A stretch of 64,000 bases of DNA from assembly GCA_001029675.1 (NCBI GenBank), contig CP011210.1, forward strand, positions 256,193-320,192, read 5' to 3'. Position 1 is the first letter of the stretch. Each line of letters starts with the position of its first letter. Origin of the DNA: Candidatus Beckwithbacteria bacterium GW2011_GWC1_49_16. Its GTDB lineage: Bacteria; Patescibacteriota; Microgenomatia; UBA1400; CG1-02-47-37. Positions 53,575-61,926 of the stretch are shown piece by piece. Under the pieces are notes generated by a model. It saw only the letters and a list, made by a program, of their open reading frames with translations. It did no database searches and was not told the origin of the DNA. Position numbers and translations under genes: made by a program.

Positions 53575-53645
53575 GTTCACCTGGCGGGAAGTGACGTCGG
53601 AGCTTGGGGCTGGGATTTTAGGGGGAATTTTGATAGAGTAAACTC

Positions 53646-54875
53646 ATGCGTTATAGTCAGCTTTTTCCCAAGACTAAAAAGGAAGCGCCTAAGGGCGCCG
53701 AGAGCGTCAACCATAAGCTGTTGGTGCGGGGCGGTTTTATCGACCAACTGATGGCGGGGAGCTGGACGTTACTTCCTTTAGGCTGGCGGGTGGTCAATAA
53801 TATTAACCAGATTATAAGAGAAGAAATGAACGCCGTCGGCGGCCAGGAAATGCTGATGCCGTTGCTTCACCCTAAAGAGATTTGGAACGAGACCGGGCGG
53901 TGGGACAAAGCCGACGAGATAATGTACAAATTAAAAGACGCCCGGGACCGGGAATATGTGCTTTCCTTTACCCATGAAGAGATTGTCATGGATTTGTTGC
54001 GCAAAAACATAGTGAGCTTTAAAGATTTGCCGGTGGCAGTGTATCATTTTTCGACCAAGTTCAGAAACGAACCGAGAGCCAGGTCAGGGATTTTGCGCGG
54101 CCGCGAGTTTATGATGAAAGATCTTTATTCGGCGCATACCTCGGAGAAAGATTTGATGGAGTATTACGAGAAGGTTAAGGGGGCTTATGTGAAAGTGTTT
54201 GAGCGCTTGGGGTTTGACTATCGGGTGACCGAGGCCGGCGGCGGCGTGTTTACCGACAAAAATACCCACGAGTTCCAGGTGCTATCAGCGGGCGGCGAGG
54301 ACACGATTTTTTATTGCGACAGCTGCGACTGGGGAGCCAACCAGGAAATTTTTAAGGGCAGCCAGGGGGATAAATGCTCCGAGTGTGGTAAGGGTCAGGT
54401 AGTTAAGACAAAAGCGATCGAGGTGGGTAACGTTTTTCCTTTGGGGACCTGGTACGCGGAGAAGATGGGGATGTATTTTACCGACAGCCAGGGCCAGAAA
54501 AAGCCGGTTTGGTTTGGCAGTTACGGCATCGGCCCGACCAGGGTGATGGGGGCGTTGGTAGAAGTCAATCACGACGAGCGGGGCATTATCTGGCCGGAAG
54601 TAGTGGCGCCGTTTGCGGTGCATTTAGTGTCGCTTCCCGGGGCAGAAAAGCAAACCAAAGAAGCCTATGGCCAGCTTAAGGAGGTAGGAGTGGAGGTGTT
54701 GTGGGATGATCGGGAGGTGTCCGCCGGAGTTAAGTTTGCCGACGCCGATTTAATCGGCATTCCGGTAAGATTGGTGGCGTCGGCCAAGTCGAAAGATAAG
54801 TTAGAGTGGAAGGCAAGAAGTAGCGATAAAACCGAATTGGTGAGTTTAGATGAAGCGGTCAAGCGGTTAAAATGA
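53646..54875 (+). CDS. proS: Proline--tRNA ligase (no editing insertion)
   Basis: THEE, KFRNEPRARSGILRGREFMMKDLYS, SYGIGPTR and GVKFADADLIG motifs. Confidence 0.96.
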   Translation: MRYSQLFPKTKKEAPKGAESVNHKLLVRGGFIDQLMAGSWTLLPLGWRVVNNINQIIREEMNAVGGQEMLMPLLHPKEIWNETGRWDKADEIMYKLKDARDREYVLSFTHEEIVMDLLRKNIVSFKDLPVAVYHFSTKFRNEPRARSGILRGREFMMKDLYSAHTSEKDLMEYYEKVKGAYVKVFERLGFDYRVTEAGGGVFTDKNTHEFQVLSAGGEDTIFYCDSCDWGANQEIFKGSQGDKCSECGKGQVVKTKAIEVGNVFPLGTWYAEKMGMYFTDSQGQKKPVWFGSYGIGPTRVMGALVEVNHDERGIIWPEVVAPFAVHLVSLPGAEKQTKEAYGQLKEVGVEVLWDDREVSAGVKFADADLIGIPVRLVASAKSKDKLEWKARSSDKTELVSLDEAVKRLK

Positions 54876-55732
54876 AAACTATCGTCACCCATATTTTTCC
54901 CGACCTGGATGCGGTGTGCGCGGTATGGTTATTGAAGCGTTTTGATCACGAATTTGAGGGAGCCAAGGTAAAGTTTGTGCCGGCGGGGACGACCTTAGAT
55001 GACAAAGCGGTTGACAGCGACCCTGATGTAGTTCACGTTGACACCGGTCTGGGCAGGTTTGACCACCACGACAGCAACGCACGAACCTGCGCGGCCGACC
55101 TTGTCTTTAATTATTTAAAGAGTGAAAAAAACATTACTTTAAAATATCAAAGTGCGCTGGAACGCTTAATAGACTTAGTAATTCAGATAGATCATTTTGA
55201 GGATTTTTTCTGGAACGATGCGGCGGCCGATATTTATGATCTAAGCCTCCACCATCTTCTTGACCACCTGAAAATGTCGGGCCGGCTAAACGACAGAGAA
55301 CTGGTGGCTCAAGGGGAGTTACTCCTTGAAGCGGTTTTGTATGGCCTTCATCAGAAAGATTTGGCGGAGAAGGAGATTAGAAGCGGGATTGAGTTTATTT
55401 CTCCCTGGGGCAAATCTTTAGGAACGGAAACAAAAATGAGCCGGGTTTCTAAACTAGGACAGAAAATGGGTTTTGCCCTGATAGTGAGAAAAGAGCCGGG
55501 AACGGGTTTTGTGTCGGTCAAGTGCCAACCGAAGAAAAGTCTTGATTTGACTGCTGCCTACCAGGCGCTAAAACAAGCTGATCCAAAAGCAGACTGGTTT
55601 TTTCATCCCAGCCGTCATATAATCTTAAATGGCTCCAGACACAATCAAAAGGTGAAGGCCTCGAGCCTGAACCTAAAGGAGCTAGTAGACCTATTAAAGG
55701 GGGTGGATTTTTTAAATGCCGGTGGTGGTTAA
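54872..55732 (+). CDS. DHH/MYG1-like phosphoesterase
   Basis: IVTHIFPDLDA, VDTG and FDHH motifs. Confidence 0.7.
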   Translation: MKTIVTHIFPDLDAVCAVWLLKRFDHEFEGAKVKFVPAGTTLDDKAVDSDPDVVHVDTGLGRFDHHDSNARTCAADLVFNYLKSEKNITLKYQSALERLIDLVIQIDHFEDFFWNDAAADIYDLSLHHLLDHLKMSGRLNDRELVAQGELLLEAVLYGLHQKDLAEKEIRSGIEFISPWGKSLGTETKMSRVSKLGQKMGFALIVRKEPGTGFVSVKCQPKKSLDLTAAYQALKQADPKADWFFHPSRHIILNGSRHNQKVKASSLNLKELVDLLKGVDFLNAGGG

Positions 55733-55925
55733 ATCACAACCTGGTGAATCGACTGATCAAATAATCAAGAAGTTTAAAAAGAAAGTGCTGGCAAGTCAGC
55801 TTTTAACCAAGATTCGGGATCGGCAGTATTACAAGAAACCGTCGGTGAAGAAAAAAGAAAAACTGGCGGAGTTTAAAAGAAGAAGCAAGCGGCGCAAGCG
55901 TTTGAGGAAAAAGAAAAATAAATGA
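55716..55925 (+). CDS. rpsU: 30S ribosomal protein S21
   Basis: GES.DQIIKKFKKK...RQYYKKPS motif. Confidence 0.92.
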   Translation: MPVVVKSQPGESTDQIIKKFKKKVLASQLLTKIRDRQYYKKPSVKKKEKLAEFKRRSKRRKRLRKKKNK

Positions 55926-56350
55926 TTTCAGTTGATAAGATCCGAACTGATCTAAACCAGGCAGTTAAAGCCAAGGACGCCGACAAGGTGTCGACCTTGA
56001 GAATGTTGTTGGCGGCGCTTCATAACGCCGAGATTGAAAAAAAGGGCGGACTTGAAAGTCAAGATGTGTTGAGGGTGTTAAAACAAGAGGCCAAAAAAAG
56101 GCAGGAATCGATCGAAGCCTACAGGAAAGGTGGGAGGCCGGAATTGGCGGACAAGGAAACAAGCGAGCTTAAAATAATTAAAGCGTATTTACCCCAAGAA
56201 ATGGGCGAGGAGGAAATAAGGCAGGCGGTGAAGGCAGTTCTCGCCGAGGCTAAAGGAGATTTTGGCCAGGCGATGAAGCTAGCGATGGTTAGGCTTGCCG
56301 GTAAGGCAGACGGGGCGGTGGTAGCCAGAATTGTAAAGCAAGAGTTATGA
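55922..56350 (+). CDS. GatB/YqeY domain protein
   Basis: KKRQESIEAY.KGGR.EL and YLPQEM motifs; follows rpsU. Confidence 0.92.
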   Translation: MISVDKIRTDLNQAVKAKDADKVSTLRMLLAALHNAEIEKKGGLESQDVLRVLKQEAKKRQESIEAYRKGGRPELADKETSELKIIKAYLPQEMGEEEIRQAVKAVLAEAKGDFGQAMKLAMVRLAGKADGAVVARIVKQEL

Positions 56351-56715
56351 GGTTGTCGGTGAGGCTGGCCTCACGCTACCGGGTCAAAAAAGAACTGCTG
56401 GAGCAAGCGGTCGCCAGGGTGATCAAAGGCCACGGTTTGACCGGTAATGTCGAGGTTTCGGTGAGCTTGGTTGACGACAAAAAGATGACTCAGCTCAACC
56501 GAAAATACATGGGAAAGCTTGGGACGACGGATGTTTTGAGTTTCCCTCTCGATAAAGAGCCAGGGCCGGATGGGGTGGTGAGATTGGGAGACGTGGTGGT
56601 AAGTTTTCCCGAGGCCACCAGGCAGGCAAACGAACGTGGGGTGGGGGTTGACGAAAGTTTGCGGTTTTTGACCGAGCACGGGGTGCTCCATCTTCTCGGA
56701 GTACATCATGACTAA
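56347..56715 (+). CDS. ybeY: rRNA maturation endoribonuclease YbeY
   Basis: TDVLSFP, LGDVVVS and HGVLHLLGVHH motifs. Confidence 0.93.
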   Translation: MRLSVRLASRYRVKKELLEQAVARVIKGHGLTGNVEVSVSLVDDKKMTQLNRKYMGKLGTTDVLSFPLDKEPGPDGVVRLGDVVVSFPEATRQANERGVGVDESLRFLTEHGVLHLLGVHHD

Positions 56716-56770
56716 ATTGACCTAATTTCTAATTGACCTAATCAATGACCAATGACACAATGACTAATAA
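56713..56770. repeat. Heptamer-type low-complexity tract
   Basis: AATTGAC/AATGAC-type units; 56724-56742 is identical to 15984-16002 (AATTTCTAATTGACCTAAT). Confidence 0.75.
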
Positions 56771-56779
56771 ATAAAAAGT

Positions 56780-58222
56780 ATGGCGTACTATTTAAAATAC
56801 CGGCCGCAAAAAATTTCTGATTTGGATATTAAGGAGGTTAGCTCTGCTTTGGGCGAGATTTTGGCAGCCAAAGACGTGCCCCACGCCTTTTTGTTTGTGG
56901 GGCCTAAAGGTACGGGTAAGACGTCGGCGGCCAGGATCGTAGCCAAGGCGGTAAACTGCACGGCTAAAAGGGGTAATCCGCCAGCCGGCGGAGAGCCGTG
57001 TAACAAGTGTGAGGCGTGTTTGAGTTTGAGCCGAGGGAACGCTTTAGATTTGATCGAGATCGACGCGGCCTCAAATCGGGGAATTGACGATATCCGGGAT
57101 TTACGGGAAAAGATCAGGCTGGCGCCGGCAAATTTAAGCAAAAAAGTCTACATCATTGACGAAGCCCACATGCTGACCAAGGAGGCCTTTAACGCGTTAC
57201 TGAAAACCCTGGAAGAGCCTCCAGAGCACGCTGTGTTTGTGCTTTGCACCACTCAAGCCGAGAAGATACCGGGGACGATTGCCTCGCGCTGTTGGCAGGT
57301 TAATTTTAGAAAGGCTAACTTAGAAGAAATTATCAGGGCGTTGACCCGGGTGGTCAAGGGAGAGAAGCTTAAAATTAGCCTCAATGATTTAAGGCTTATT
57401 GCCAAACAGGCCGGAGGAAGCTTCAGGGACGCGGTCAAAATTTTGGAGCAGTTGGCGGCGGCGGGGAAAAAGATCAGTTCGGCCAAAGTTGGTGAGGTGT
57501 TAAAGACAAAGTTGATGGGTGAGGAGCTTGATGACTGGTTGGTACTGGTTTACCAAAAAGAGGTTAATAAAGCTTTGGAGTGGTTAAGAAAAGCGGGCGA
57601 ACAAGGCATCGACGTGAAGCAGTTGGCGATTAACCTGGTGGAGCGGTTGAGGCAAGTGTTGTTTTTGCGCTTGGGCGTTGAGGAGGAGGCAAGCGACATC
57701 GACGAGCTAAAAGACAAAGATGAAGTTAAAAAATTGCTGGCGCTTTTGGCGGCGGCGGCCGAAAAAATTAAAGGAGCGGTAATAGAAAGTTTGCCTTTGG
57801 AGTTGGCGGTGGTGGAGTGGTCCGCCTCTGCTAAAGCTTCGGAGGATAAAGGGGGTAACCCCAGCCCACCCAGCCCAGAGCCTGATTTAAAAACCAAGTC
57901 GGGAAAGCTTAGCTTGAAGGCGGTGGAGGATAGGTGGGACGAGGTGCTAAAAGCCTTGCGGCCCCACAACCATAGTTTAGAGGCACTGCTGCGGGCGACC
58001 AAACCGACCGGTTTTGACGGTAAGAACCTGGTTTTAGAAGTGTTTTATCGGTTTCACAAAGAGCGTTTGGAGATAGCCCGCTACCGCGAGTTGGTAGAGA
58101 CGGTGGCTTCAAAAGTGCTTAAAAGCCCGGTGGGGGTGAGGTATTATTTAAGCGAGAAGGGGAAGAAAAGCAACGACGATGATATTATTAAAACTGCTCA
58201 GGAAGTTTTTGGGGGGAGGTGA
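56780..58222 (+). CDS. dnaX: DNA polymerase III subunit gamma/tau
   Basis: KYRP, GPKGTGKTS, EIDAASNRG, IIDEAHML and NALLKTLEEPP motifs. Confidence 0.96.
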   Translation: MAYYLKYRPQKISDLDIKEVSSALGEILAAKDVPHAFLFVGPKGTGKTSAARIVAKAVNCTAKRGNPPAGGEPCNKCEACLSLSRGNALDLIEIDAASNRGIDDIRDLREKIRLAPANLSKKVYIIDEAHMLTKEAFNALLKTLEEPPEHAVFVLCTTQAEKIPGTIASRCWQVNFRKANLEEIIRALTRVVKGEKLKISLNDLRLIAKQAGGSFRDAVKILEQLAAAGKKISSAKVGEVLKTKLMGEELDDWLVLVYQKEVNKALEWLRKAGEQGIDVKQLAINLVERLRQVLFLRLGVEEEASDIDELKDKDEVKKLLALLAAAAEKIKGAVIESLPLELAVVEWSASAKASEDKGGNPSPPSPEPDLKTKSGKLSLKAVEDRWDEVLKALRPHNHSLEALLRATKPTGFDGKNLVLEVFYRFHKERLEIARYRELVETVASKVLKSPVGVRYYLSEKGKKSNDDDIIKTAQEVFGGR

Positions 58223-58229
58223 AGGATAA

Positions 58230-58532
58230 ATGTTTGATAAAGTCAAACAGTTGGGCCAGTTGAAAAAAATGCGCGATCAGGCCCTAAAGATTCAGAAACA
58301 GCTGGCAGCAGAAACGATCGAACTTGATGAGGACGGAGTCAAGGTGGTGATTTCGGGTGACCAAAAACTGGTGAGTCTAGCCATAGATGGTATGGCCAAC
58401 GAGCGGGTGATGGCAGTAGTCAACAAAGCGGTAAAAAAGTCTCAAGAGTTGGCAGCGCGTAAATTGGCCGAGATGAGCGGGGGCTTAACGGGGCTGCTAA
58501 AAGGCCAAGGGCCGATGGGGGCAGGCGAGTAA
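58230..58532 (+). CDS. YbaB/EbfC nucleoid-associated protein
   Basis: IQKQLA.E......VKVVISGDQ pattern; lies between dnaX and recR. Confidence 0.88.
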   Translation: MFDKVKQLGQLKKMRDQALKIQKQLAAETIELDEDGVKVVISGDQKLVSLAIDGMANERVMAVVNKAVKKSQELAARKLAEMSGGLTGLLKGQGPMGAGE

Positions 58533-58534
58533 GT

Positions 58535-59329
58535 TTAACTAAATCTTTCAAAGTCGATTTCGGATTCAACCGGGGGTTTGCCGAAGTGAAGGTAAGCGTT
58601 GCCGGAGCGCAAAAAGACCTCGATGAAAGGGTCGGGGCCGCCGGAACTGCCGGGGGCAAAAGCCAGGTCGCCGGCCTTGACGGCAAAGTTGCCGTTGGCG
58701 TAGTAGGCGGTATGGGTCAAGTGGTTGATGGTGATTCTTAGTTTTTCTCCGGGCTTGAATTTAACCTTAGAGCTTCTGACGGTGGTTTTGAGGTTGCCGT
58801 AGGAGTCGATGTGCATTAGCCGGTTTGGGGGAACTTCCGGTATGGTGGTTTTAGAAATTGGCGGACCTAAGTACTTTAATTTTTTGCCGCTTAAAATGCC
58901 GACGGCGGCTTGGGGCCAGAAGTCGCGGGAGCGAAACTGGGAGCCGCTGTGTTTGACGTTGACTAATTGGAGTTTTTTGATATGGGATTTTATAAAGCTT
59001 AAACAGTAGCCGGCGTTGACGGCGCAGATTTCCACGCCGTTTTCAAGCTTGAGGTAAACGAATTTTTCGCCTTCATTTTGAAGGCGCTTTTGGGGGTTGT
59101 CCTTCCGGGGAGCGGTGTTGGAGTAGATAAATAAGTTTTGGCTGGGGTTGTAAAGGGTTAGTTGGGCTAGACAAAAGCCAGTGTTGAGCGTGGAAAAAGG
59201 CGGAGTCGAGGTGGCAAAAACTTCGGCTTGGGGTAGCAGCTGTTTAAATCTTTGAATAACTTCGGCGAAGGCTAAATCACCGGTGCCGTAGTCAGCGACG
59301 ATATGGATGAAGGGAACTTTTGCGGCCAC
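58535..59329 (-). CDS. SAM hydrolase/halogenase-family (DUF62) protein
   Basis: ADYGTGD, SQFRSRD and HIDSYGNLKT motifs. Confidence 0.8.
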   Translation of the reverse strand: MAAKVPFIHIVADYGTGDLAFAEVIQRFKQLLPQAEVFATSTPPFSTLNTGFCLAQLTLYNPSQNLFIYSNTAPRKDNPQKRLQNEGEKFVYLKLENGVEICAVNAGYCLSFIKSHIKKLQLVNVKHSGSQFRSRDFWPQAAVGILSGKKLKYLGPPISKTTIPEVPPNRLMHIDSYGNLKTTVRSSKVKFKPGEKLRITINHLTHTAYYANGNFAVKAGDLAFAPGSSGGPDPFIEVFLRSGNAYLHFGKPPVESEIDFERFS

Positions 59330-59351
59330 GGGGCTATGTTATACTGGGAAG

Positions 59352-59951
59352 ATGAAGTTGGCAAGGGGGGCAAGACGTTTAATCGACGCTTTTGAGCGCT
59401 TACCGGGTATTGGTCCCAAAACCGCCCAACGCTTAACTTTTTATCTGCTTCATAACCCGCAGAGCCAGCTAACCGAGTTTGGCGAGGCGGTCAGCCGGTT
59501 GAAACTGGATACCAAAGAGTGCGGTTTGTGCTTTAACGTGGGGGAAAAAGACCCGTGTGAAATTTGCACCGATAGAAACCGGGATCAAAGTAAAATTTGC
59601 GTGGTGGAGAGCGTCTTGGATATTTTAGCTATCGAGCGGGGTGGGTTTTACAGCGGTTTATACCACGCTCTGGGAGGGGCGATTTCGCCTTTAAATAACA
59701 TTGGGCCGGAAGAGCTTCATTTGAGAGAGCTAACGCCCAGGATTAAAAACGGTAAAGTAAGCGAAGTGATTATTGCTACTAACCCGAGTATGGAAGGAGA
59801 AGCCACGGCGATGTACATCGCCAAGTTAATTGGCAAACGCAAAACTCTTAAGATTACCCGGATCGGGCGGGGACTGCCGACCGGGGCCGATTTGGAGTAT
59901 GCTGACGAAGAGACTTTGAACCGCGCCTTTGAAGGCAGAAAGGAGTTTTGA
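59352..59951 (+). CDS. recR: Recombination mediator RecR
   Basis: LPGIGPKTAQRL, C4 Zn finger, TOPRIM (EVIIATNPSMEGEATA). Start 6 nt after TGTTATACT. Confidence 0.96.
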   Translation: MKLARGARRLIDAFERLPGIGPKTAQRLTFYLLHNPQSQLTEFGEAVSRLKLDTKECGLCFNVGEKDPCEICTDRNRDQSKICVVESVLDILAIERGGFYSGLYHALGGAISPLNNIGPEELHLRELTPRIKNGKVSEVIIATNPSMEGEATAMYIAKLIGKRKTLKITRIGRGLPTGADLEYADEETLNRAFEGRKEF

Positions 59952-60475
59952 TGCCCAAGACAGTGGTGCGAGACGTTTTCGGCGAGTTATTGGAGACCGA
60001 TAAACAAACGGTTAAAGCCGGCGGCAAGGCGGCAGGCGATGTGGCTAAGCAAACGGCCAAAACGTTTTTGGGCCAGGGACAAACTGGAGGCCAGCGGCCT
60101 CCGGCGCCGTCTGCGGCCATTGACAGAATGGAAAGCCTGCGTCAGCAAAGGCAGCAGCAACAGCAAAGGGAGCAGGGAGAGGAAGAGACGAGAAAGAAGC
60201 AGATCGAAAAGTTGAAACAGATGGATAAGGATCGATCGAGAAAGGCCTACGAGGAAATCCAGCAGCAGATAAGACACTATCAAAAAATAAAAGCCAGCCA
60301 GCCGAGAAAGTATGTCACGGCTGCTCCGACTTTTGACCAAGAGCAAGTCGAGGACCCGGAAGGGTTTATGGAGAAGATGAAGAAAAAGGCGGCCAAAGCA
60401 AAGGAAAAGTTTTTGCCCTGGACTTCGAAAAAGGGCATGGGCACGGGAGAAATACAAAGAGGGGTGTCGGGATGA
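59951..60475 (+). CDS. Charged coiled-coil hypothetical protein
   Basis: Q/E/K-rich ORF translationally coupled to recR and cysS. Confidence 0.7.
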   Translation: MPKTVVRDVFGELLETDKQTVKAGGKAAGDVAKQTAKTFLGQGQTGGQRPPAPSAAIDRMESLRQQRQQQQQREQGEEETRKKQIEKLKQMDKDRSRKAYEEIQQQIRHYQKIKASQPRKYVTAAPTFDQEQVEDPEGFMEKMKKKAAKAKEKFLPWTSKKGMGTGEIQRGVSG

Positions 60476-61893
60476 AGCTCTACAACAGCCTAACCCGAAA
60501 GCTTGAGGAGTTTAAACCGATTGTGTCGGGCAAAGCGGGGGTGTATACCTGCGGGCCGACGGTTTACGACTACATTCACATCGGTAACTGGCGTACCTAC
60601 GTGCTGGGAGATTTGTTAGTCAGGACGCTAACCTGGAATGGATTTAAAATTGATTACATTATGAACATTACCGATGTGGGGCACTTGACCGGCGACAATG
60701 CGGGAGACGCGGATACGGGTGAGGATAGGATGGAGAAGGCGGCGGAACGCGAGGGTAAAACGGCTTGGGAGATAGCCAAGTTTTATACCCAGGATTTTTT
60801 GGCTGGCTACGACAAGCTTAATTTAATCAAGCCGAAACAGTTTACCAAGGCCACGGAACATATAGCCGAGCAAATAGAACTGGTGAAAAAAATTGAGGCG
60901 GCAGGATTCACCTACAAGATCGAAGACGGCATTTACTTTGACATCCAGGCTTATGAAGCGGCGGGTAATACCTACGGGGCGTTATCGACCCTGGACCAGC
61001 GGGAGGCGGGGGCAAGGATTGAGCCTAACCCCGACAAAAAAGACCGGCGGGACTTTGCTTTGTGGAAATTTTCCCCCTCGACTGCGCTCGGGGCTGTAGT
61101 TCCCAAGCGGGAGATGGAGTGGGATAGCCCCTGGGGCGTGGGATTTCCCGGTTGGCACGTTGAATGTTCGGCGATGAGCATGGGCTATTTAGGGGAACAG
61201 TTTGATATCCATATCGGCGGAGAGGACTTAAGAAGCACCCACCACCCCAATGAAATCGCCCAGTCAGAGGCGGCAACCGGTAAGAAGCCGTTTGTCAAAT
61301 ATTGGCTGCACGGGGCCCACCTTTTGGTTGAAGGGGGCAGGATGGGTAAAAGCCTAGGTAACGCCTACACTTTGGCGGATTTAACCAAGCGCGGCTTTGA
61401 ACCCTTGGCTTTGCGCTACTTTTATTTGACCGGCCACTACAGAAAGCAATTAAACTTTACTTTTGAGGCTTTGGGTGCGGCCAGTGAGGCTTATAAAAAA
61501 CTAAGACAGGTGGCTGGTTCATGGCTGGGGCAAAAAGGCAGAACCAGTTTGAGCCAAGAAAAGCTCGAAAAACTTCAGGGTTTATCCTTGAAGTTTAGGC
61601 AGGCGGTAGAGAATGATTTGAACTTTCCCGAAGCTTTAGCGGTGGTATGGGAGATGGCCAAAAGCAACCTTCCGGAGCAGGACAAGAGTGAGCTTATGAC
61701 TGATTGGGATCAAGTATTGGGGTTAAAGTTAACCGAGCCGCCGCAGAAGGTAAAGGTGCCGGAAGAGGTTGAAAAGCTTATGGCCGAGCGGGAAAGGCTG
61801 CGGCAAGCCGGTGACTTTTCTAAGGCGGATAAGCTAAGAGAGGAAATTGAGGAAAAGGGTTTTAAGGTTGAGGATGACAAAATTAAGGCTTGA
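60472..61893 (+). CDS. cysS: Cysteine--tRNA ligase
   Basis: CGPTVY..HIGN, DFALWK, PGWHVECS and RMGKSLGN motifs. Confidence 0.97.
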   Translation: MKLYNSLTRKLEEFKPIVSGKAGVYTCGPTVYDYIHIGNWRTYVLGDLLVRTLTWNGFKIDYIMNITDVGHLTGDNAGDADTGEDRMEKAAEREGKTAWEIAKFYTQDFLAGYDKLNLIKPKQFTKATEHIAEQIELVKKIEAAGFTYKIEDGIYFDIQAYEAAGNTYGALSTLDQREAGARIEPNPDKKDRRDFALWKFSPSTALGAVVPKREMEWDSPWGVGFPGWHVECSAMSMGYLGEQFDIHIGGEDLRSTHHPNEIAQSEAATGKKPFVKYWLHGAHLLVEGGRMGKSLGNAYTLADLTKRGFEPLALRYFYLTGHYRKQLNFTFEALGAASEAYKKLRQVAGSWLGQKGRTSLSQEKLEKLQGLSLKFRQAVENDLNFPEALAVVWEMAKSNLPEQDKSELMTDWDQVLGLKLTEPPQKVKVPEEVEKLMAERERLRQAGDFSKADKLREEIEEKGFKVEDDKIKA

Positions 61894-61926
61894 CAGGAAG
61901 GAAGATGATCGGTAGATTTAGTCTAT

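Noticed and set aside
56716-56779. SRP RNA (ffs), often upstream of dnaX
   Set aside because: The gap is a 64-bp AT-rich heptamer tract with no GC stem or SRP loop motif.
56780-58222. Programmed frameshift in dnaX
   Set aside because: Single continuous ORF; no convincing slippery site plus stimulator identified by eye.
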